Below are positions 25,760 to 33,277 of a stretch of DNA of 38,403 nt, piece by piece. A program made the position numbers and the translations under genes. Where the stretch lies: positions 1 to 38,403 of IMG/VR virus record IMGVR_UViG_3300045988_055586. One strand, given 5' to 3'. The DNA is from a virus. Position 1 is the stretch's first letter. Every line of letters begins with the position of its first letter. A model generated the notes under the pieces. That model was not told the DNA's origin. It saw only the letters and a program-made list of their open reading frames with translations, and searched no databases.

Positions 25760-26014
25760 ATGGAAACAATCGTCGTGGCTATCATTACCGGCGGCCTGTC
25801 GCTGCTGGGGGTAATTATCACCAGCAACAGGACCACCCGGGAGGTGCAAGCCAAGCTGGACAAGCAGCAGGCCGTAACAGAGACCAAGCTTGAAGAGCTG
25901 ACCCGAGAAGTCCGGGAGCATAACAACTTTGCCCGGCGCGTGCCGGTGCTGGAGGAGCAGATCAAGGTCGCCAATCACAGGATAGCGGATCTGGAAAGAT
26001 TACCCAACCACTGA
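25760..26014 (+). CDS. Membrane-anchored coiled-coil protein (BhlA/UviB-like topology)
   Basis: N-terminal TM segment IVVAIITGGLSLLGVIIT followed by a charged coiled coil. 84 aa. Confidence 0.5.
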   Translation: METIVVAIITGGLSLLGVIITSNRTTREVQAKLDKQQAVTETKLEELTREVREHNNFARRVPVLEEQIKVANHRIADLERLPNH

Positions 26015-26048
26015 GCATCGCAAATCTAAAGTATGAGGAGGGATATGT

Positions 26049-26354
26049 ATGTATCGAGGTACGACCCCCACACTGACATTCCAGCTGCCAATCGACACGG
26101 GGAGCATCACAGCGCTGTCCGTTGCCGTGGCACAGGCCGGACAGGTTAAGATCGAAAAAACATTGCCGGATGTACATCTGGACGGGAATGTTGTCTCCTG
26201 CACGCTGACGGAAGCCGAGACCCTGTCGCTTACTGCCGGGACAGGCGGAATTGACGCAAAGATACAGCTCCGTGTGGGCGTTGGGGCGCAGCGCATGGCA
26301 TCCCAGATATTCACGGTGCCTGTGGAGCGTATTCTCCGGGATGGTGCGCTATGA
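26049..26354 (+). CDS. Hypothetical small tail-associated protein
   Basis: GAGGAGGG 7 nt upstream. 101 aa, beta-rich. Confidence 0.5.
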   Translation: MYRGTTPTLTFQLPIDTGSITALSVAVAQAGQVKIEKTLPDVHLDGNVVSCTLTEAETLSLTAGTGGIDAKIQLRVGVGAQRMASQIFTVPVERILRDGAL

Positions 26355-26626
26355 TCGAGTTTGCGGTAACTTTTTCTCCCGGCGCTGACCTGGAGGTGGA
26401 GTTCGCGGAAAATGTGCCCCTGGATGTTGATATGGGCCAGGTGATGGAGGTTCCCACGGCACCGGCCTATGTTGGCGAGTACGAGGTTGTCCCGAAAGTG
26501 TACACCGAGCAGACCCTACCCACCAGCGGAAAGCTACTGGGCAGAGATGTTTTGGTTCACAAAATCCCGCAGTTTGAGGTCAGCAACGGCAGCGGAGGTA
26601 AAACATTGATTATTGGAGAGGAGTAA
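26351..26626 (+). CDS. Hypothetical small tail-associated protein
   Basis: ATG overlaps the previous stop. 91 aa. Confidence 0.5.
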   Translation: MIEFAVTFSPGADLEVEFAENVPLDVDMGQVMEVPTAPAYVGEYEVVPKVYTEQTLPTSGKLLGRDVLVHKIPQFEVSNGSGGKTLIIGEE

Positions 26627-26630
26627 GAAC

Positions 26631-27218
26631 ATGGCAAATCAGTATGTAAACAAGGTGGTTGTCGGAGCTGAGGTAAAGCTGGACTTGTCCCAGGACACCA
26701 TCAGCCCGGACAAGTTGGCGAAGAACATCACCGCCCACGACAAGTCCGGTGCGCCCATCGTAGGCACTAGCACTCTGGATGTGGATTCCTCCGACGCCAC
26801 AGCGGCGGTGGCGGAAATCCTGAAGGGCAAGACAGCCTATGCGCGAGGCACAAAGCTGACCGGCACCATGCCGGACAACGGCGCCGTGGACGGCCAGATC
26901 ACAACAGTGGAGGAGAAGTATACCATTCCCACCGGTTTCCACGATGGCAGCGGCACGGTGCAGATTGACGCCACCGAGCAGGCGAAGATCATTGCCAAGA
27001 ACATCCGGGAGGGTATTACCATCCTGGGCGTGACTGGCACCATGAGTGGCAACGAGGGCATGAAGCCTCAGGCTAAGACGGTGACGCCTACATTTAGCCA
27101 GCAGGTGGTGTCCCCGGACGCATCCTATAACTGCCTGTCTCAGGTGACGGTGGGTGCCATCCCCGTGGCCTATGTGGACAACGCTGCAGGCGGGCAGACG
27201 CTGACGATTGGAGCGTAA
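26631..27218 (+). CDS. Tail fibre-like protein, paralogue 1
   Basis: GGAGAGGAG upstream of ATG 26631. N-terminus MANQYVNKVVVGAEVKLDLSQDT...ITAHDKSGAPIVGT is shared with the next gene. Repeated G.T..G..LTGTM motifs. Confidence 0.6.
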   Translation: MANQYVNKVVVGAEVKLDLSQDTISPDKLAKNITAHDKSGAPIVGTSTLDVDSSDATAAVAEILKGKTAYARGTKLTGTMPDNGAVDGQITTVEEKYTIPTGFHDGSGTVQIDATEQAKIIAKNIREGITILGVTGTMSGNEGMKPQAKTVTPTFSQQVVSPDASYNCLSQVTVGAIPVAYVDNAAGGQTLTIGA

Positions 27219-27219
27219 T

Positions 27220-28320
27220 ATGGCCAACCAGCATGTAAACAAGGTCGCCGTCAACGGGAAAACCGTCCTTGACCTCTCAGGCGATACCGTGTACCCGGGG
27301 ATGCTGGCCAAGGGCATCACTGCTCACGACAAAAGCGGCGCACAAATCACGGGCACCCTGGAGGTGCCTGCTACCGAGGAGCGGATGGTGGAGCTGTCTA
27401 TGCCCTCTGGCAATCAGGTCATCCTGCCCACCAGCGGCAAGGTCATGAGCAAGGTTACAGTGCAGAAACCGGACACCCTTTTGCCCGAGAACATCAAAAA
27501 GGCTGTGGTGATCGGCGGCGTGACCGGCACCCTGGAGGCTGGCGACACAAGCGAAACCTGGATAATTAAGGATAATGCTCCGGTTAATGAGGATTCTTAT
27601 GAGCTTGCAAAAACGAACATTTCCTTTGCGAGTGGAGAAGCGAAATTTGTGGCGCTTGAAGTTTACACAGATGATGTTGTTATTTGGCTGAAATATTATA
27701 CCACCGCTAATAGGGTCATCGAAGTCGGTAGTTTTGAACCAGGAATGGGTGAAGATAAGTTTTACTGGCCAAATAGTGCATACAAAAAACTCACCTTCGA
27801 CACCCCTCCCACCGGCGCTCTGCTCACATGGCTACAATCGAACGCTACTAAGCAGACCTCCGGCGTCTCTGTGCAAGACACCAAGGCGCTCACTATCACC
27901 ACCAACGGCACTGTATCAGTCACACCCGATGTGCCGTATGACGCGCTGAAGAAGGTAGATGTGACAGTTGATGTGGCGAGTGGTGGGGGCGGTGGAGAGA
28001 CAACATCGCTAGAAGTGAAGACGGCAGGGGACGGTGTAGAGGCTGCCCTGTTTTGCCTTTGGCAAACAAGCGATGGCTGGATGGGGACATCTAATTTTGA
28101 CACTGCGACAAGCTTTACGATCCCCAATGTGATTGTCGGAGGATATGTTATCTTTACGCATGCCCCTGCAGCACAATCGTATTTTGAGGTTTATCGTGGG
28201 GAAGGGGTGGAGAGCTTTTCTGTTGATGCAATGGACTCAGAATGGGATGTCGCAGATGCAGCGCTGGTTATAAAGGTCACCGCCCCATCACCAAGTTTTT
28301 TCCTCAACCTAAGAACTTAA
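27220..28320 (+). CDS. Tail fibre-like protein, paralogue 2 (divergent C-terminus)
   Basis: N-terminus MANQHVNKVAVNGKTVLDLSGDT...ITAHDKSGAQITGT. An AT-richer block at about 27540-27800. Confidence 0.6.
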   Translation: MANQHVNKVAVNGKTVLDLSGDTVYPGMLAKGITAHDKSGAQITGTLEVPATEERMVELSMPSGNQVILPTSGKVMSKVTVQKPDTLLPENIKKAVVIGGVTGTLEAGDTSETWIIKDNAPVNEDSYELAKTNISFASGEAKFVALEVYTDDVVIWLKYYTTANRVIEVGSFEPGMGEDKFYWPNSAYKKLTFDTPPTGALLTWLQSNATKQTSGVSVQDTKALTITTNGTVSVTPDVPYDALKKVDVTVDVASGGGGGETTSLEVKTAGDGVEAALFCLWQTSDGWMGTSNFDTATSFTIPNVIVGGYVIFTHAPAAQSYFEVYRGEGVESFSVDAMDSEWDVADAALVIKVTAPSPSFFLNLRT

Positions 28321-28377
28321 CAACAGTCCCATCAACAATTTTTATGTGCCCGACTCGGGCACGGAAAGGAGAACAAA

Positions 28378-28596
28378 ATGAAGAAGAATTGGAAACAGTG
28401 GGTAAAGGCCGCCGCCGTGCGCGCCGTCAAGACCGTGGCACAGACCGCCGTGGCCACCATCGGCACCAGCGCCGTAATGGGCGAGGTGAACTGGGTGATG
28501 GTGGGCAGCGCCTCTCTGCTGGCAGGCATCCTGTCCCTGCTCACCAGTGTGGCGGGCCTGCCGGAGGTGGATGAAGGGGGTAACGACAATGCCTAA
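28378..28596 (+). CDS. Holin
   Basis: 72 aa with two hydrophobic segments (AVKTVAQTAVATIGTSAV and VMVGSASLLAGILSLLTSVAGL). The 3' end overlaps the endolysin start. Confidence 0.7.
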   Translation: MKKNWKQWVKAAAVRAVKTVAQTAVATIGTSAVMGEVNWVMVGSASLLAGILSLLTSVAGLPEVDEGGNDNA

Positions 28597-29446
28597 GGTA
28601 TTTCTCTCCCCCAGCAACCAATATGACAATCGCTACGCCTATGGCAACACTACTGAAGGTGAGCAGTGCGGCAAGATCGCTGAGGCCTGCAAGGCCGCCC
28701 TGGAGCGCAGCGGCGTGACCGTGAAGCTGATGCACGACGAATCCATGCAGGAGAAGGTAGCAGCCTCCGATGCTTTTGATGCTGATCTCCATGTGCCCAT
28801 CCACACCAACGCCTTTAACGGCACAGTGAGCGGCACCCGGATGTTCTACTATGCCGAGGGCGGGGAAGGTCAGAAGGCTTGTCAGGCCATTTTTAACCGG
28901 CTGGCCCCGGTCACCCCCGGCACCAGCGAGAATATCCGGGCAGACGCCTCCCTCTACGAGGTGCGGGTGCCTGCCGCCCCTACGGCCTATATTGAGTGCG
29001 AGTTCCACGACAACCCCACTGCGTCAAAGTGGATCGTGGAAAATACCGGGCTTATCGGGGAGACCATTGCCCGGGGCATCTGCGACTACTTCGGTGTGAC
29101 CTTCCGGGAGAAGGAGCAGGCCCAGCCCGCCAAGTCCGTGGACGAGGTTGCCCGGGAGGTGATCCGCGGCGAGTGGGGCAATGGATCCGACCGCCGCCAG
29201 CGCCTGGAGGCAGCAGGGTACGACTATAATGCTGTACAGGATCGAGTGAACGCTATCCTGACTGGCGATGCGCCGGAGCAGCCCACTCCTGCCGAGCCGG
29301 TAGAGCCATCCCCCGAGCCGGAGCAGCCCGCCACCGATAAGCTCTACCGCGTCCAGGTCGGCGCCTTCGCCGTCCGAGAAAACGCCGAGAAGATGCTCCA
29401 GCGCTTGAAAGACGCTGGCTTCGAGGGCTACATCCGAGAGGGGTAA
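28589..29446 (+). CDS. Endolysin: N-acetylmuramoyl-L-alanine amidase (Amidase_3-like), CW_7-like repeat and SPOR-like C-terminal segment
   Basis: VFLSPSNQ...LHVPIHTNA...YIECEFHDN; EVIRGEWGNGSDRRQRLEAAGYDYNAVQDRVN; P/E linker; YRVQVGAFAVRENAEKMLQRLKDAGFEGYI. Confidence 0.85.
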   Translation: MPKVFLSPSNQYDNRYAYGNTTEGEQCGKIAEACKAALERSGVTVKLMHDESMQEKVAASDAFDADLHVPIHTNAFNGTVSGTRMFYYAEGGEGQKACQAIFNRLAPVTPGTSENIRADASLYEVRVPAAPTAYIECEFHDNPTASKWIVENTGLIGETIARGICDYFGVTFREKEQAQPAKSVDEVAREVIRGEWGNGSDRRQRLEAAGYDYNAVQDRVNAILTGDAPEQPTPAEPVEPSPEPEQPATDKLYRVQVGAFAVRENAEKMLQRLKDAGFEGYIREG

Positions 29447-29535
29447 AATAATCCACTGGAGGGCGCAGAGGACACCGCTACGCCGGCCTCACGCCCGTGC
29501 ATAAGCATCCGCACCTCCACGGCTGAGAGCCGAAA

Positions 29536-29775
29536 ATGGACAAGCAGCACCGAGAAATTAGAGCAAAGCTACAAAGCATGGCGCCTATGCGGGCGACCGC
29601 ATGTGTGACGGCGGTGGGTCTGCCTAAGGCGGAAGAATACTGCATCATAGAATGCGACATTAAGGGAAAATCCTGTGTGCAGGTGGCCAATGCCCTGTAT
29701 GTGTCGGTGGAGTATGTGAAACGGAGCAGGCGGCGCGGGTACGCCAAAATCGCCGACCACTTAAAAATCCAGTAA
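29536..29775 (+). CDS. Small sigma-70 region-4-like HTH protein
   Basis: LPKAEEYCIIECDIKGKSCVQVANALYVSVEYVKRSRRRGYAKI resembles region 4.2 HTH architecture. The RBS is weak and the start is uncertain. Confidence 0.5.
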   Translation: MDKQHREIRAKLQSMAPMRATACVTAVGLPKAEEYCIIECDIKGKSCVQVANALYVSVEYVKRSRRRGYAKIADHLKIQ

Positions 29776-29780
29776 AAAGC

Positions 29781-29826
29781 GACCGAACAGAGACCTTTTC
29801 AAGGCTCTTTGTTCGGTCCTTTTTTG
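29781..29826 (+). terminator. Intrinsic terminator
   Basis: gaccgaacagag...ctctttgttcggtc stem followed by cttttttg. Confidence 0.75.
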
Positions 29827-29842
29827 ATTACTATATAAGAAG

Positions 29843-29854
29843 AGGTGGCCACCT
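29843..29854. promoter_or_regulatory. 12-bp perfect palindrome aggtggccacct upstream of the accessory operon; candidate operator
   Basis: Perfect dyad, 29 nt upstream of ATG 29883, between the terminator and the RBS. Confidence 0.4.
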
Positions 29855-29882
29855 TAAAAATTCAAATTCAGGAGGTAATACC

Positions 29883-30401
29883 ATGGAAGTCGAAAGAACA
29901 AACTGCGCATCTAAGGGGATGGCCGGCACCGGCCTCGGACTGGGTATCGCAGGCACGGCGCTGGGACTACTTAACGGCGGTCTTGGCGGTCTGTGGGGCG
30001 GTGCTGTACCCATGGCAGCCGCACAGGTGGCGTGTAGCGAGAACACCGGTGTGAATCGTTTTGAGCTGGAACAGGAGCGCACCATTTCCAACAAGGATAT
30101 GGAGATTGCTTACTGGCGCGGACAGGACGAGACCAACCGCAAGATCACTGATGCATACACCAAGCTGGAGAACCGCATCAACGGTGTTGCTTCGGAAGTG
30201 CGTGCAAACAAGGATGAGCAGGCCGGGATCAACCTGCAGCAGGCCGTTTATAACGGCACCAATACTGCGGCACTGTCCTGCCTGCAGAACCAGGTGGCGC
30301 AGCTTCAGGGCATGACCAAGATGGTCATTCCCAACAGCTCCGTATGTCCTGGCTGGGGCAACGCGACCGTATCTGTCTCTCCGGGGACGACCACTACCTA
30401 A
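29883..30401 (+). CDS. Glycine-zipper membrane plus coiled-coil protein, function unknown
   Basis: AGGAGG upstream. GMAGTGLGLGIAGTALGLLNGGLGGLWGG followed by a helical region. C-terminal ...SSVCPGWGN.... Confidence 0.6.
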   Translation: MEVERTNCASKGMAGTGLGLGIAGTALGLLNGGLGGLWGGAVPMAAAQVACSENTGVNRFELEQERTISNKDMEIAYWRGQDETNRKITDAYTKLENRINGVASEVRANKDEQAGINLQQAVYNGTNTAALSCLQNQVAQLQGMTKMVIPNSSVCPGWGNATVSVSPGTTTT

Positions 30402-30459
30402 TTGACCAAGCAAAACGGGGCGGCAATAGCCGCCCCGACCATTGCAGGAAGGAGATAAT

Positions 30460-30804
30460 ATGGTTGAGATCAATCAGATCCAGCGTGGACTGGCCAATTT
30501 TATCGACAGAGACATTATACCGAAATTGAGCGCGTGGGAACGCATTGTCGTGGGCGGCGGGGGAGGACTGATCGCTGCAAAGATGCCTGAGGTGCTTGCT
30601 GCCGTCTCCCAGAATCCCATAGTGAACGCGCTGGGAGTCGTGGATGCGGAGCGGGGCGAGATTGACATTGACGCCATCTATGAGGCGGCAAGGCCGTATA
30701 TAGGAGCCGACCCCATCCCTGTGAAAATTCCCGTCATCGGTGTCACGCTGCGCCTAACGGCGGCGGAGATCGAACGACTGTATACTTACATCAAGGAGGC
30801 GTAA
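30460..30804 (+). CDS. Hypothetical protein
   Basis: AAGGAG upstream of ATG 30460. Preceded by a ggggcggc-aata-gccgcccc hairpin (30417-30436). Confidence 0.55.
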   Translation: MVEINQIQRGLANFIDRDIIPKLSAWERIVVGGGGGLIAAKMPEVLAAVSQNPIVNALGVVDAERGEIDIDAIYEAARPYIGADPIPVKIPVIGVTLRLTAAEIERLYTYIKEA

Positions 30805-30805
30805 T

Positions 30806-31117
30806 ATGAAAGAGATCAAGATGCTGGTGGAAAACATCGGCGAAGAGCTGGGCGATGCCCGGAAGTATGCCAAGCTGGCATTAAAGTATAAGAGCGAGGA
30901 CCCCGACATGGCAAACCTGTTCTATAAACTGGCGGGGGAAGAAATGGGTCACATGAACGCGCTGCATCAGTGCGCGGTGACACACATCGAAGCCTACAAG
31001 CGCTCCAATGGAGAGCCGCCCGAGGCCATGGCTGCCGTCTACGACTATCTCCACGAAAAGCAGATAGAGAAGACACAGGAGATCAAGAATCTGCTGGCAA
31101 TGTACCGGGAGATGTGA
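30806..31117 (+). CDS. Ferritin-like / four-helix-bundle small protein
   Basis: 103 aa. GEELGDARKY...AGEEMGHMNALH...YDYLHEKQIE resembles the E...EExxH di-iron ligand spacing of ferritin-like folds. Confidence 0.45.
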   Translation: MKEIKMLVENIGEELGDARKYAKLALKYKSEDPDMANLFYKLAGEEMGHMNALHQCAVTHIEAYKRSNGEPPEAMAAVYDYLHEKQIEKTQEIKNLLAMYREM

Positions 31118-31140
31118 GGACGGTAAAGGCAAATTTAGAG

Positions 31141-31248
31141 TTAAAAGGTGTAAGGGCCACCATACTGACTGATAATCACCGCCGCCAGCTTCGGGTTTGG
31201 GTTGGCGATGCGTACAGGATATTGCAGTTTTTTTTCATATACAAACAT
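31141..31248 (-). pseudogene. cotJC: cotJC (Mn-catalase-family spore coat protein) 5' stub, 35 codons only
   Basis: Minus-strand translation MFVYEKKLQYPVRIANPNPKLAAVIISQYGGP then YTF*. This matches the conserved CotJC N-terminus (MW.YEKKLqyPV...P.lA..l..QyGG) and then stops. The TGATG overlap with the upstream gene is preserved. Confidence 0.75.
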
Positions 31249-31718
31249 CAGCTATTTCCTCCTTCGTCCCAAGGCCACGGATCATTGAGCCAGCGGTAGC
31301 CGTCGGGTGTGATGTCAGTCTGCAGAATCGGGCCGTAGGTCTCCTGGTAGCGCTTGCGTCCCTCCTGAGCCAGAGCAATATAGCTCCAGTACAGCTCCAA
31401 AGCCTCCCGATCATCCGCATGGGTGGTCAGATAAAGCCCCAGTTCATCCACGGCGAAGTCCAGGGCCATCAGTTCGGATAGAGCGCTGTTCACGGTCGGA
31501 AAGCGACTTTTCAGCTCTTTTTGAAAGGGCAGGTCCAACCCTGGAAATAGCGTTCCCTGTTGTAGCGCCTCCCGGCGGTCATACTGTTTAGGGTTCTTGC
31601 ACTGCATGGGAATATAAGGAAAAGCCAGCGGTGCGCATACGCCGGGCAGTGAACCCTGCTGTGTGGGGCAGGACGCCGACTCCATGCCCGCGGCAGATTT
31701 TTCCGTATACAATTTCAT
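31248..31718 (-). CDS. cotJA/cotJB: CotJA-CotJB fused spore-coat-associated protein
   Basis: GAGGAGGA upstream of ATG 31718. CotJA block LAFPYIPMQ...EALQQGTLFPGLDLPF. CotJB block LMALDFAVDELGLYLTTHADDREALELY...YGPI...WLNDPWPWDE. Confidence 0.8.
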   Translation of the reverse strand: MKLYTEKSAAGMESASCPTQQGSLPGVCAPLAFPYIPMQCKNPKQYDRREALQQGTLFPGLDLPFQKELKSRFPTVNSALSELMALDFAVDELGLYLTTHADDREALELYWSYIALAQEGRKRYQETYGPILQTDITPDGYRWLNDPWPWDEGGNS

Positions 31719-31817
31719 TTCCTCCTCATAGGGTTTTGTTCCGCACGGAACACTCCATTTTATGCAGCGGAAAAAGAAAAGGGGACAGGGGATTGTCATT
31801 TGCGGTCAAATGTGATA

Positions 31818-31846
31818 GAATGAATCGGGAACACGGCGCATACAAT
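31818..31846 (+). promoter_or_regulatory. SigmaE-type (mother-cell) promoter candidate: GAATGAA-14 nt-CATACAAT
   Basis: Compared with the B. subtilis sigmaE consensus ZHATAXX-14-CATACAHT, it matches 6/7 and 8/8. The -10 element ends 25 nt before the cwlD start. Confidence 0.45.
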
Positions 31847-31871
31847 GACCCGAAAGGGGAGAGGTGTCGTG

Positions 31872-32417
31872 ATGGTGTTGCTGAAAAAAAGGACTCTGCT
31901 GTCGGTCTGCGGAGCCTTAATCTTGGCTCTTGGGGCGGTGTGCGCCCTGTATATTTCCCGGGACAAGCCGGCCATGTCCACCGTAAGGCCGCTGCCCTCC
32001 GCAGAGATTCTGGTCCTGGATGCCGGACACGGCGGGGAGGACGGCGGAGCGGTCTCCGCAGCCGGAGTGCCGGAGAGTCATATCAATTTGCAGATCGTGC
32101 AAAAAATGGAGCAGCTTTTCACCTTTGTAGGGGAGAGCACTACCCTCACGCGCACCGGTCCGGACGCCATCTATTCCGGCGATGCCAAAACCCTTCGGGA
32201 GAAAAAAATTTCCGATCTGAATAACCGCGTGGAGATGATAAATCAAACACCCCGTGGCTTTCTGATCAGCATCCATCAAAATAGTCTCCCGGGCACCAAG
32301 GCCCGGGGCGCCCAAGTGTTTTATAACGCCGTAGCCCCCGCTAAAGACGCCGCTGTCTCCGTGCAACAGGCGCTTAACAGCGGTATTAACGGTAACAACC
32401 GAAAAAATGCCGGATAA
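31872..32417 (+). pseudogene. cwlD: cwlD-like germination-specific amidase, 3'-truncated (lacks the E.GF.SN catalytic block)
   Basis: Signal-anchor, then LVLDAGHGGEDGGAVS...ESHINL...FLISIHQNSLPGTKARGAQVFY, ending at ...NNRKNAG*. Full-length CwlD continues for ~55 aa including ..EvGFLSN... Confidence 0.7.
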
Positions 32418-32440
32418 GACAGGCCGGGGACGGCATAGGG

Positions 32441-32647
32441 ATGAAGGAGGTGGTTTTGCATGGCGAAAAGACAGCGGGAGCCTATCATTGTGAAAGCATA
32501 TGTGAAGACGGCGGCGAGGTGGATGTAGATACCCTCACTCCGGAGCAGAAGCGTGCGTTTGCCACGCAGATGAAGATCACCTACCTGAATGCCCTGTTCC
32601 GGGGCCAGGCGGTATTTCGGCGGGCAGAAGAGGGGGCAGAGGCATGA
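32441..32647 (+). CDS. Hypothetical protein (start/frame uncertain)
   Basis: 68-aa ORF. A better-placed RBS (AAGGAGG) serves an ATG at 32460 in another frame that stops after 22 codons. Confidence 0.4.
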   Translation: MKEVVLHGEKTAGAYHCESICEDGGEVDVDTLTPEQKRAFATQMKITYLNALFRGQAVFRRAEEGAEA

Positions 32648-32925
32648 GGAGCGGATATTGCGCTCTGTGCGGCAAACCCGGGACCTACCTGGACCCCCTG
32701 GACAAGCACCACATATTCGGCGGAAGCAACCGCCGCAACAGCGAGAAGTACGGACTTGTGGTGCCGCTGCACCATAAGGAGTGCCATATTTTCGGCAAGC
32801 AAGCCGTCCATAACTGCCGGGAGACCATGGAGAGGCTTCACCAAATGGGGCAGAAGCTGGCCATGGAGCAGCAGGGATGGACGGTGGAGGAGTTCCGGGA
32901 GATCTTCGGACGGAGCTACCTATAA
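32644..32925 (+). CDS. HNH/NinG-like Cys-His protein
   Basis: CALCGK...DKHHIFGGSNR...PLHHKECHIFG. Confidence 0.45.
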   Translation: MRSGYCALCGKPGTYLDPLDKHHIFGGSNRRNSEKYGLVVPLHHKECHIFGKQAVHNCRETMERLHQMGQKLAMEQQGWTVEEFREIFGRSYL

Positions 32926-32932
32926 GGAGGTG

Positions 32933-33265
32933 ATGGACATAGCAAAGAAGGAAATGCGGTGCTGGGAGGTATCGCACCCGGACCTGGGTAAAACCTGGGT
33001 GCAGGCCGAGAACTGGGAGCTTGCCACGGTGGAGGCTGCCAAGTTTTGGGGGCTGCCCTGGGGGAAGCTGGTGGCCGAGATGCAGTGCGAAGGAAGCTGG
33101 AGGGCTTTTCGGCATGTGTGCCATCGATGCGGACGGATATTCAACGGCGAGGGCATGGTGTGCGATGCTTGCCGCAGGGCCATGGAAACGGATCGGGAGC
33201 AGACTGCATTGCGGCTGAAGAAGACCTGGTATATGGGCGCCAAGGGCGCACCATTCGGAACATAA
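32933..33265 (+). CDS. Hypothetical protein with C-terminal zinc ribbon
   Basis: AGGAGG upstream of ATG 32933. CHRCGRIFNGEGMVCDACR. Confidence 0.55.
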   Translation: MDIAKKEMRCWEVSHPDLGKTWVQAENWELATVEAAKFWGLPWGKLVAEMQCEGSWRAFRHVCHRCGRIFNGEGMVCDACRRAMETDREQTALRLKKTWYMGAKGAPFGT

Positions 33266-33277
33266 GGAGGAAAGCAT

